A stretch of DNA of 64,000 nt. Origin: Azolla caroliniana. Lineage: Eukaryota > Plantae > Polypodiophyta. Shown piece after piece: positions 25,740 to 38,000 of this stretch (positions within the stretch are counted from its first letter, which is position 1; each line of letters begins with the position of its first letter). A program made the translations under genes and the position numbers. The stretch is from the NCBI GenBank assembly GCA_043228905.1, contig JBHGNT010000022.1:806001-870000 (forward strand), read 5' to 3'. The notes beneath the pieces are model-generated. The model was not told where the DNA came from and did no database searches. It saw nothing but the letters and a program-made list of their open reading frames with translations.

Positions 25740-26230
25740 CCTAAATTTATCTAGATTTTGCTTATCCAACACCTTCTCAATCCAAATCTTCAGTAATGGG
25801 GTTTTGAGCCTTGTAATATTGCGGTGTGACACCTAAATTTATCTAGATTTTGCTTATCCAACATCTTTTCAATCTAGATATTCAGTTGAAGCATTACAAA
25901 ATGATCACATTTAATTTGCATATTCAGTTGTTTTTTGTTTTTTAGTTTGGGGGGGGGGGGGGTTGTATATGCCTTAAAAAATCATATACATAGCCATACT
26001 TATTAAGGTCAATGGAAAAACAAATGTATGTGTGCATTCTCTAAAGGATAACATCTTTTCAATCCAGATCTTCAGTTGAAGCATTACAAAATTATTACAT
26101 TTAAATGTCAATGTAAAAACAAATTATATGTGTGCATTCTCTGAAGGAGAACATCTTTTCAATACAAATCTAGAGTTGAAGCAGTACAAAATGATCACAT
26201 TTAGAGGTCCATGGAAAAAGAAATTGTATG
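25740..26230. repeat. Degenerate ~100-bp tandem repeats
   Basis: Recurrent ACATCTTTTCAATCCAGATCTTCAGTTGAAGCATTACAAAA and CCTAAATTTATCTAGATTTTGCTTATCCAAC. Confidence 0.7.
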
Positions 26231-26249
26231 TTTAGAGTTTAGGGTTTAA

Positions 26250-27404
26250 TCTCACATTTAGGAACATCTTTAAAATTTTAAATTTTTTAAAAATGAAATA
26301 TTATAAATTTTAAATTTTAAATTTGACCTAAGTTAAAAACCGAAACCGTGGTTTTTACGATTTAACGGTTTGGTTCGATTTGGACCCTCTCAAACGGAAC
26401 CAAACTAAACCGTTGTCCATTGTTACACACGCACACACATTCACTTACATATATGTATTGTTACGTGCTCAAGTGCACGGAAAGGATACACATAACACAT
26501 ACATAAAAATTCAGATACAAACACATTATACGCACTTAATTGTTTAATTGCATAAGTATTGAAAATACACATGCACACACGAACGCATAAATGCAGTTAA
26601 CCGCATAAGCTTAAACAATTAGACATACACTCACGCTTATATCACATTGCACATTAAAGAACAAACAATAAGCATAGGTAGGGAACCTAGAAGTGTATCC
26701 ACGCCAATCAAGATGGTACATCCAAACACCATCATTTGCAACCCTTCTATCAAGATTTCAAGACAGAGAGAGAGAGAGAGAGAGTATAATAAAAGTATTA
26801 TTAAAAAAAGAGAGTACAAGGATAGGAACAAGTTAAAGGCTTAAGATTAACATTTAACCAAATTGGTTGTGAATAGTATAATATGTATCTATTTATAGAG
26901 CCTTCAAGAGTATTCCTAAAGTTTGTAGAATGTTCCAAAATATTCTAGAATATTCATGAAATTTCTAGTTTCTAAGTTGAAATTTTATATATTGTAATAT
27001 TTATCTTAATAGTAAGGCTTCTATTCATGTGTGATAAGGTCATGGGTTCAATTCATATTTGAGGCCATTCATATCATGACATTGTCTTCTTTTTCGAATG
27101 TGAGTATTACAAGGCGTCTTTAGTTGAGAACCAGGTTTGTCTAGGTATTCTTGATAAAAAAATTCAACAAGGGCTTCAACATTTGCAACATTCTCTGCCG
27201 ACTCTCAAGTACAGTTGATCGGACTATATCCTAACCAATCCACCAAATAATGTTGATTGTTGCGAACAATGTTGGAATCAAGAATAGCAACAACTTCGTA
27301 CTTTGGTCCACTTTTAAGTTCAATAAGGTGTGGAGGTGTAGTACAATTTGGAACAAAACTTACTTGACATGGTTCGAAGAGTGAACTATGAAATATTGGA
27401 TGCA
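26250..27404 (-). repeat. Inverted duplicate of 4997-6200 (chromodomain end, LTR 26640-27081, unique flank, half MITE)
   Basis: Reverse-complement alignment runs across both TE and non-TE flank. Confidence 0.9.
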
Positions 27405-27408
27405 GAAG

Positions 27409-29508
27409 ATGAGGGGGTCGGATATTGCAGAGGCCATGGCTTTGGCCGTGGACCAGATAGTGAGCGCGCGCGAGGGCACCGACGCCCTTGACAGGGCTAT
27501 TGAGGTGATCGTCGGTATGATCGGCCGGTTCAGTGGAAAGGATGCCACGAGTTATTTGGCGTCCTACCGGGCGAAGATGTTGATGAGGGATATTCCGGAA
27601 GAGAGGCGTCCTGCCAGATTCCCTCGAGTGGCGATGCCGGGCATCCATGCGGAGGTGCTCGAGGTCCGGGTGGAGAGCCGGACCTAGGAGGAGTTCGAAG
27701 GACGGCTCCTGGAGAAATACGGGCTGGATGATGTGCTTCGACTTTCGAAGCAGGGCTTCCTGGAGTGGGTGGAGTCCCCCAACAAAGGAAGAAATGCGTT
27801 GGTACTCCTCCGGGAGTTTGAGGAACGCTTTGCGCGCCTTTCGGCGCTCAATCGGACCGTTCTGGACACTAGTCGTGTCCTACTGTTTGTCAAATCGGTT
27901 GACGCGCGGGATCGGGGGCAAGTTAGCTCCTTACTGGAAACCGAAGACGGGCTGACGGCCGACTGGGCCGCGGTAAAAAGAGTCTGCGGTCGTTTTGACA
28001 AACGGTGGGAGTGGGCTGATACAGAGGCGACCGGGGCGGGACTTGTCGCAGCAATGAAGCTCGAACCGATACCGCAGGCGCGAAGGGATGAGACCCGAGC
28101 GTGGCTCGAAACCGGTTCGGCTTCGACCGGTGTGGTCAGAGGCTCGTCTGGGGGAACAACTTTGGAGGAGTTGACACGAGCGGTAAAGGATCTCCAGATC
28201 GCCCAGGCTCGGAGGGAAGGTGGCGATCAGGCTCGTGACCGACGGCCTCCGGCAGGAAGTAGGTGCATGTGGTGTGACGAAGTCGGCCACATCCGGAAAG
28301 ACTGCAAGGACTTTATGGAGGCTTTGAGAAGCCGGGTAGTGTACCTGTGGGAAGGTCGGGTGCACGCCAGCGATACCCGGAGGGCCCTGAACCGAAACGA
28401 CGGGCGAGGAGGAATGAAAAGGCTGATGGAAGAGGCGGCAGCCCAGCACGCGGAGACCGTCCACTACTCAGCATCAGCCGATATTCGGGTCGGAGGCAGC
28501 GAGGCCCGGAAGGAGAGCAAAGCCGGGTTCTGGCCGACGGTGCTGGAAGGCCTCGCCGGTGCCCGACTAAAGAGAGATGAGGCGGACCGCGCGGAGAAGC
28601 GGGTCCAGGAGGTAACCGGGTTGAGTGACCCGGTCGAAGAAAAGACCGGTTTCGTCGAAGCAGCTTGCCAAAACTACGAGGCTCTGGTTGAAGACAAACG
28701 GGTAGGTAAAACCAGAGGGGCCGGACCCTCACAGAGACACGAAACCCGATTCGGGCCGAAACGAAACGAGGCCGGTGAGTCCAGTGCCCAGGATAACCAC
28801 AAGAAGGGCGGATACCGTTTGGGCACAGAGATCGAAAGGACCACGGACCTACAAAAGGTCCTGGAAGAACGAATCCTCGACAACAAAGTGGAACTGTCGT
28901 TGCGGGAGGTGCTTGGAATCGCCAAGAAGGTGAAGAGGAAGAGGTTGTCAACGGAGGCAGAACCGGAAAGGCCGGTGGAGGTGTGGACGGCGCACATAGA
29001 GGACATGGCGCTGGAAGACGAGTGGGCGGAGAGCCACTATTCGAGGCCACACTGGGCCCGAGCGACCACGGAAACCCCGGTGAAGATCGGAGATGTTCAA
29101 GAACCGGTGGTGGTGCTGGTGGACCACGGTTCGGAAATAAACCTGATGTCCATGGACTTCTACAAGAAGGGGAAATGGCCGATCAACACTAAGCACGGGT
29201 GGAAGATATGGGTGGCGACGCGCGCCACCGAGGAACTACACGGGGCCTGCCCAAACGTGCGAGTCAAGATCAGCGACGTCAAGATAGACCAGCACTTCTT
29301 TGTGCAGGAGACGTTCTCGCACCCTGTCATACTGGGAGAACCGTACATTACGGCAGCGCGAATGGAGACCAAGGTGCTGGACAACAGGTCGACTTACGCG
29401 AGGGTCAAGAGTCAGGACGAGCGTCATTCGGTCCAGTTCCTGACGGTGCGACCGAACCAGGAGCGAAACCGTGATTCCCTCGGTGGCGAGAACCGAGAGG
29501 ATTTTTAG
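27409..29508 (+). pseudogene. Gag-protease ORF (one in-frame stop at 27685)
   Basis: Zinc knuckle CMWCDEVGHIRKDC; protease VDHGSEINLM...VILGEP. Confidence 0.85.
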
Positions 29509-32500
29509 AGAGGGCTGCCAAGGCGTGGGGCCGCGACAGTCCGGACACTCCGGGAAACCCCCACAAATGTACGATAGAAGCGAAACTGAAGAAACCTTGT
29601 ACCATAAGCAAGAAGTTTTGTTTCTCCGACAACGGAGGGTGTACGATAGTCGGCATCGTAGGCCGAGAAAAGACAAGGGCGGAAGAGCGACTTCGGGCGT
29701 GCAGAGTTCTCGGGCCCAGCGAGGAAATCAACAGAGCCGTGGAGGCGGTCTCCTTCGACGATACCTTGGGAATACTGCGAGAGGTGGTCGGAGAGGGCCT
29801 TAAAGAGGACCAGACGATACCGGTTTGTTCAGAAGAGATGTACGAAGCCAGCGAGGAAATCAACAGAGCCGTGGAGGCGGTCTCCTTCGACGATACCTTG
29901 GGAATACTACGAGAGGTGGTCGGAGAGGACCTTAAAGAGGACCAGACGATACCGGTTTGTTCAGAAGAGATGTACGAAGTCATCGCGGACTTCAGTCGAG
30001 GGCTCGAGTTGGATCGGACGGCCCGGGTTAACACGAAGTACAAGACTGTGGACCAGAAGGTAAGGCCAGTCGCGGCACCCTTACCGGAGGGCAGCGAGTT
30101 GTGAATCGAGGGGGTCGCGTCGGACCCTAGTTTACGAGATCCGGCCTGCATAGGACACGCCTTCACCGACAGAACGCTACAGGAGCTCAAAATTGGTGGG
30201 GGCGGGTTCCTACTGCCGACGGAAGAAGAACGGTTTCGGAGAATGCTCGGAAGGCACGGGAAAGCCTTCGCATTCTCGCCGGAAGAGATCGGATGCGTAG
30301 ACCCGATAGTCATGAAGCCGATGGTGATATTCACGGCACCGCATGTGCCGTGGAATCTCAAGCCAATTTCGGTACCGAGAGCTCACATCCCGGAGCTGAT
30401 GGAGCTATTGAGGCAGAATGTCGATATGGGCATCCTCGAACCGTCGAGTGTCCCGTACTCAAACCGGTGGTTTACCGTACCGAAGAAGAACGGGACGTTC
30501 CGCTTCATTCAAGACCTACAACCGGTCAACAGAGTGACCATTCGGAACGCAGGAATCGGACCAACGATAGACGAGTTCGCGGAGGCCTTCGCCGGAAGGT
30601 CGATCTACTCGATCGGTGATCTGTACTCGGGGTACGATCAGTTCCAACTAGCCGTAGAGAGCAGAGACATTACGACGATGCGGACTCCTCTCGGCCTAGT
30701 GCGGATGTGTACCCTGCCACAAGGAGGGACGAACTCGGTGGCCCACATGGTGAATGCGATGAACAAGGTGCTAAGGGATTGTATCCCGGACATCACCATG
30801 CCATTCTTGGATGACATCCCGATCAAGGGATGTCCGGTGGAGGAAAAGGACGAAACGATCGGACCGGACGGATGCCAGAGATTCGTGGCGACACACATTG
30901 ACGACTGCGAGAGGGTGCTACAGAGGCTAGAGGACGCGAGGCTCACCTTCTCCGGGGAGAAATCGGCCTTCAGGCAATCAGAGATCATGGTTGTCGGACA
31001 TCTATGCGGACTGTATGGCTGGAAACTGTCTTCGGCTAAGGTGGAAGCCATCTCCGCGATGAAGCTCGACTGTAACTCGGCCATGGAGGTACGCAGGTTC
31101 TTGGGAGCATGCGCATTCTACCACATATGGATCCCGCATTACGCCCACGTTGTCGAGCCGCTATACAGGTTGCTAAAAAAGGGGCGAAAATTCGAGTGGC
31201 GCATCGAGCATACGGAGTCAATCCGAAAAATGAAGGAGGCTCTTGTTGCAGCTCCGGCGCTCCGAAAGGCTGTCTACGAGAAAGGCACCCCCATCTACAT
31301 AACGGTAGATACAAGTCCGACCGGGATTGGATGGGTCGTCAACCAAGAAGATGAGGACGGTATTCGGTTCCGAATCCGGTTCGGCGCGAAGGTCCTCAGC
31401 GAGCGACAGCGAGGATACGCCCAGGTTAAACGCGAACTCTGGGGTATCGTTTCGGCGTAAAGGCCGATAAAGACTATCTGATCGGGACAGAGGTGATTAT
31501 CGAGACGGACTTCCTACCGATTCTCGGCATGGTTTCCGGATGCGCAACCCCGGACCTGGCAATGCTCAGGTGGATAGCGTACATCAAGTCCCTGGATCCG
31601 GAAATACGACACATTTTCGGGAAAGACAATGCCATGGCCAACATGCTTTCGACGGCGCGATTTGACGACGAGGGCGGCATGGTTTCGGAGGACGAGGAAG
31701 TCGGCGTGGACTTCTTCGAGGCGGCTTACGTAACAACCGAGGGGGGGAGCACTCCGACGCTTAACGATTTCAACGAGAGCAAGTACAACGGGGAGTGGCT
31801 GCAGATTGGGGGATTCTTGAGGATGATGACGCCGGACGCGTCATGGACAAAGGAAGAGGCCAACCGGATCCGGAAGAAAGCGTACCGATTCTTTCTCCGG
31901 GACGGATACTTGTGGAAGCACCCGAAGAAGAGAAACGGCATCCCGCTCCGAGTAGTGGCGATGAAGGAGGAACAGGAGGAGTTGTTGAAGGCCTACCACG
32001 ACAACCCCTGGGTTGGACACCGTGGGACGTGGGCCACGTTCGAGAAACTAAAGGGGAAGTACTGGTGGCCGGGATTGTACCGGGACGTACATCGGTTCGT
32101 GACAACTTGTGAGAGCTGTCAGATGCACTCCATAGTTCGACATCGGGACGAGCTTCACCCTACATACCCTCCGGCCATCCACTTCAGATGGATGGTAGAT
32201 TTGGTGACGATGCTGATGGGCGTAGGGCAGATGCGATATCTGGTACTGGCCTGGGAGGACCTGATGAACCAGGTGGAAGGCCGAGCCCTGTAGAACAAAA
32301 CGACCACGGCCGTGTGTCGGTTCCTGATCGAGGACGTGATATGCCGGTATGGGTGCGTCGGAAAGATAGTGGCTGACCGCGGGGAGTTGGACGCCGAAGA
32401 GGCCGAGGAGCTGTTCGACCGGTTAGGGGTCAAGCTCTCGCTCACCACAGCGTACAATCTGGAGGCGAACGGGAAGGTGGAGCGCAAGCACGGACCGATC

Positions 32501-33067
32501 GTCAAAGCGCTAGTCCGGGCGTGTGAAGGACAGGTCGGGAACTGGCCACGACTGTTACCCTATGCCTTGTGGGTGGACCGGACAACGCATAGTTCGGTAA
32601 CCGGGTTCATGCCGCCAGAGCTCATGTTCGGACAGAAGCCGATCATGCCGATGGAACGGACGATCTCCTCTTGGGCGACAGTAGACTAGAGAGACGAGAT
32701 GAGTCGGGAAGAACTGCTAGCGGCACGTATACGGCAGCTCGAGCGGAGGCCAGAGGACGTGGAACGAGCGGCGGAGAGACTTCGGACGGCGAGGATGAAG
32801 AACAAAGCCCGGTTCGACCGAACGCATCGGCTTCGACCGAAGAAAATCGAGGAAGGCGACTGGTTGCTAGTCTATGACAGCAGCCTCGACAACCAGCACC
32901 GAGCAACACGGAAGTTTGCGAAACGGTGGTTCGGGCCTTACGTGGTAACGAGCGCCAACGACAACGGGACGTGTCACCTTGCGGAACTCGATGGTACGAG
33001 GATGGCGATACCTGTAGCCGGGAAGCGGATCAAAGCGGGAAGTGCCACGACGGCGAACCGGATCTAA
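29502..33067 (+). pseudogene. pol (RT-RNase H-integrase) in the -1 frame, disrupted
   Basis: FTVPKKNG, DLYSGYDQ, LPQGGTNS, FLDDI, VDTSPTGIG, GHRG...CESCQ, VADRG, NGKVER, WFGPY. Confidence 0.9.
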
Positions 33068-33810
33068 GAGGCCTAGACAGCGACAACGAACAGTCCGAAA
33101 CAGAGGACGAACCGATGGACGAAGAACAGGAACCCGGACCGGTTTTCTCCAACCAGAACCCAATTTTGGCGCATGCCGGTGGATGCGCGGTTAGGTGGGG
33201 GCGGATGTCGTGAAGAAAACCGTCCCTTAGCGCAATCGGTGCATAGCGCGCGTGAACCGGCTCTTCACGCGTGCGCGCCCTTAATGTATATAATAGGAAA
33301 TTAAGTACGTAGGTATATCCGGGGTAGTTAGATTCGGTAGGTAGGAAGTAAATGAGGGAGACGGCTCCCTTCTTGACGCTATAAAGGAGAGGGAGACGCA
33401 AGGAGAAGGCATCGCGCATTAAGGTGGACGAAGTGCTATCGGACCGTAACCGAACGCTTCTCCTCTGTTTGTTCTCCATCGCTCTTCTCTGCAGGGTTTC
33501 GGGAGGCTCGCGCTGCTTCGAGGAACGCCCGTGTGCTTCCGGCAGCACCTCCACCCTTTTCTCCTTTCGTGCGCAAACGAACAAGCATCGGCATCTGTTC
33601 GCCAGCCTGTTCGGTTGTAACCGCTTGCGTGCTCCCTGTCTCTGTGTCCATTCGCGTCTTCTGTGTTGACGGGCCGTGCCCCTGTGTTTCTTTGCTCATA
33701 CGTGACCGAGCGTCTCTCTCTTTCTCTTTCCCCTTCTATCACCTGCTCTTCGGTTCAAGACCCCGGTGGTCCCGCCTCGTTTCTCCACGCACGCGCGTAG
33801 TAACGCGACA

Positions 33811-34011
33811 GCGTAATCCTCATGCCTAGTATGTGTCGGAGCCTTTTTGTGAAGGCTCCGCTTTAGCTTTCCAATTTCATCTTCATCGCTCCTTGTAATC
33901 AGTAGGTTTTCGACGTATAGGATCAGGTAGATCCGGGACTCATTGGCAAGTTGCCGAGTATATAAACATGGGTCGGAGTCGGACCGGCTGTAGTTGAGTT
34001 GTCAGATGTAG
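33811..34011 (-). pseudogene. Ty1/copia RT fragment (host element, part 1)
   Basis: Minus-strand SDSDPCLY...YLILYVENLLI (decayed YVDD)...HILGMRI. Confidence 0.85.
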
Positions 34012-35004
34012 TGTTACCGGCCGACAAAGGAGTCCAGAGTGTGAAACGGGGAGTTATTTAATTAGTAGGAATGGTTGTAAGTAAGCTATGAGTGTGGACG
34101 GACGGACCGGAATCGGTATGCCGTTCCGGATCCGAACCGATCCCGAAAAAGTGCGGATGGCACCGTTTTGTAATACAGACCAGAAACCTATTTAAAGGCT
34201 CAGATACAATGTAATGAACAACGGTTAATTAATAAAGCTTAGTGTTGCTATTTCTCTGTGTTAATTGTCGTTCTACATTCATTGTTATATCTTACGCCTG
34301 TGATTATTAAAGACGATCATGCTAAGTAACCTAATTAAGTCGGATTAATCGTTGAGTCTAATCTTGTTGCCGTAACACCCCTTTGGTGAAGTGTCTTCCG
34401 TAGACACCCTGTGTTAGGCCATTGTCCGGCCCTAAGAGTTAACACAGTTTTTGGCGACCACTAAGGCGACCCCCCTTTGGAGATGAAGTTGAAGACTACT
34501 ATGCGGCAAAGACATGGCAACGACGAAATGTGCAAGAAATCAAAGGGACGATGTGCGGGAAATGGTGATGTTGATTGGAAGTCGTCGAGGTTGAGGAATG
34601 CAACACGATGATGTTGCCCGAGAGGACGTCGCAAAAGGATACGCAACAAATGTATGTTCAAGCGTGTTGTTAACGACAATGTGCGTGTGCAAGAAAGCGT
34701 GGTACAAGAGACATCCAAAAAGATAACGACGACAACAACGATCGGAGATGGAGCCGGAACGACGGACAGGCGGGCCAAATAGTGGCCGAGGAGCGGCCGA
34801 GGAGCGGCCGAAGCAGTTGGAATAGTCGAACAGTGGTCAGACGGGCTGGATAGAGAACCGCCAAACGATGACCGGAATGGGCCAAACAGTTGAAACGGTG
34901 ACGGAGCCGGGACAACGATAGGATGGCAGTGGCCACATAGCAACAACTAGAGTGGTGGCTGACCAATAGCGGCCCAATCGGTCCGAGACAGCTACAACCG
35001 CCGG

Positions 35005-38000
35005 ATGGAGCAACAGTCGTACAATGGTTGTTTTTGCAGCAAACGACGGCACGAATGGATACCTAGATCAACGCACGACCTGGTTAGAGATCGAGCTCGA
35101 CGCCTTGCCAAAAGGCAAAGGAGACGTGAGGCTTTCCAGCAAGCAGCGCAGGAAATTAGAGCGGATCGCTCGTTTTCCAACGTAATCCGGAGAGTAGCGG
35201 AGGACTCCCTCTGGTTGCAGCAAACATTGCACCCGGACGACGGCAGCAGCCTAAGCAGCCTCCGGGAAACCGAATCCCTTCTCCAGGCGTTGGCAAACGG
35301 AGAAGGCGAAGCAGAAGCCTTTTCAGCGTATGAATCGGATTCCGAAGGGGAATACAGCGTGCACACGATCTACCGTAGCAGCAACGAAACCCCGGGCAGA
35401 CCGGAGAACGAAGGATCGGACACCTTACCGACACCGGAACCGGAATTACTAAGGCTGGAACCTCCGGAACCAGCTGACGAAGAGCGACCTCCGACACCGG
35501 AAGTCGAGGAGGAGAGGCCTCCTTCACCAAAAGAAGAAGAAAGACCACCGACGCCCGAAACAAATCAAGAAAGACCACCGACGCCCGAAACAAATCAAGA
35601 AAGACCACTGACGCCGGAGAAAATCCAGGAACAACCACCAACACTGCCAGCCCGCGCACTGATACCGGACGACGACATGTCGTTCCAGTACTCCAAGTAT
35701 AGAGATGATCCGGACGTGGAAGCTCAAGTGCACACCTTTGAATAGACATGGGAAGCCAACCATGTGTCCCAGCGATTGACCCCGGAGGAAGAAGAATGCT
35801 CTAAGATAGCGGAATTTGGCGTCACATTGGAGGGACCGGCAGCAAGATGGCGCCGGATGCAGGACCCGTCTACCATCACCACCTTTGCAGATTTAAAAGT
35901 TAAATTCTTGCATTTTTTCCAAAAGGAGCTGGACCAGACCGTAATGGTGGGCTTATTTTATACCATCCGACATGAGGCAGGGGAGAGCATTCCCCAGTTT
36001 GTCCTCCAGTTTCAACGGATGCATAGTCAGCTTGCCCGCGCACCCCCGGAGGAGGAATTACGGACTATATTCTTAAATGCTCTCCGGGAACCCCTACGCA
36101 CGGTTTGCACGGTAATTGACTTCCGCACAAGTACCATCGACCAGGTCATTGACTAGGTGAGAGAGATGGAAAAGACAAGTTCCTGGGTCACACTGGGAGC
36201 ACTCCAACGGGCGTTACCGTCCGATGAAGACCTCCGATTTCGGCAAGGAATACAGTGCACAACCTGCTTGAATTCCGAACACTCGGCTCTAGAATGCACT
36301 ATGAGGACGCAATGTGTAATCTGTCAATCCAAGGGCCATACGACGGATAGGTGCGAATATAATCTATTGAACCGGCAAGCACCGCCCGTCCGACAAATAG
36401 AGCCACGCAGCATCCGGGATGAAGAAGAGGAACGCTGGTGGCGAATGGACCGCGACCGACCGGCACAGGATGTCCGGTATGGCGATCAATGGGAGAATGA
36501 TGTCCGGTATGGTGATCGGCGGGATAACTATGACCGGCATGATAAATATGATCGGTACCGGGATTACAATAGACGATACGAACATTACGGCCGGGAGCAC
36601 TCCCCCGGGTATCGTCAGCAACGGGAGGAATACGGCAGATATAACGAGCAACCTCGTCAAGAGTACCGCAATAAGAAGAACTATAACAAAAAACGGCATT
36701 TCAAAAAAGGCAGCTACCCACGGGATCCGGAACAAGGAGCTTCAAGCAACCAACCGGCCCAAAACCCCGCGCTTACCACAGGACCTGCCTCGGGTACAAC
36801 AGACAATGCCGAATCCAACAATACCCGGAAAGCCTATTGCTACTACTGCCGACAGGAAGGCCATTATAGTAATCAATGCCCGGTGAAGAGCTATGAAAAA
36901 CGATCGGCGGTAAATATGGTAGTCCCTGAGGTGGCAGATCTGCAGCAAGTAACCACAAGGTCGAAGGGCATGGCCAAGGAATGGGAGACGCAAGAGACCA
37001 TCCGGAAGCAAGCGACGGAATGGGTGAAGAAAGCAAACGAGCAGAATGTCACAGACTTACAACGGCAAAAGGAGAACAACGTAGGGCTTGCCGGCGGTAG
37101 TCACTCCGAGAACGAGACATGGCAGGCGTTGCAAGAATGCCAAATTACGCTGCCACTAGGAAGACTCCTACAACTCGTGCCAAGATTCATGGAAGGACTG
37201 AAGACGGCCATGACGGCAAGAGAATCATCACCGGCACCGGTACTCTTCTCGAATCCGGAGGAGGGACCAACGGTGGTGGACACCAACATTCCGGTAATCA
37301 CTGCCATTGTAAAAGGGAAAGAACTCCCCGGCATAGTTATAGACGGAGGCTCCGGGGTGAATGTAATAAGCCTCCGGACGTGTGATGCCCTAGGAATCCA
37401 CGAGTGGGAGCCGTGTCCGTTCTGGTTACGGATGGCCGATACAAGCTCAGTGCGGCCGACAGGATTAATACGGAAATTAGAAGTCACCGTGGGTGGTCAT
37501 ACATTTCACATCTCAACAGTAGTGCTACAATTACAGGCACAAGGCGCATACCCGCTATTGCTGGGGCGGCCGTGGTTGAAAACGGCACATATCAAACTGA
37601 ATTGGAGGAAAAATATAATTACCTTCCGGTGAGGAAAAGCCAAGGTACGGGTACCAACACAACCAAGGACGAGCACTGGCAAGGAATGTACACCGTTGTA
37701 TGCAGAGTGCGTCAACATGCTAGAAGGGTTAGCTGACGAAGAAGAAGCTCAGTACTTGCAGGAAAACCCGAAGATCATACCCCTCTTCGAAATTGACAGT
37801 GCCAAAGCAGTAGCAGCATACTTACCGCAACCGGAAGAGGCTGAAGCAGAACCGGATAAAGACGCAATCCGGGAGTTACGACAAGCGCAGGAAGCGTTGG
37901 AATGGGAAATGGTCGTTTCACAGCGCGTAAAAGCGTCGCAACTAGAAGAGGTGAACCTAGGGACCACGGACGAAGCAAAACCGGTGCACATCGCCAAGGA

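Larger units (their letters stand above)
27404..33810 (+). mobile_element. GC-rich Ty3/gypsy LTR retrotransposon, 5' LTR missing, 3' LTR 33206-33810
   Basis: Gag-PR, RT, RH and INT domains; purine-rich tract then TGTCG...CGACA LTR; copia RT sequence resumes at 33811. Confidence 0.92.

Noticed and set aside
27931-31314. Long antisense ORFs (e.g. 29405-30361)
   Set aside because: Shadow ORFs of GC-rich gag/pol with no independent motifs.
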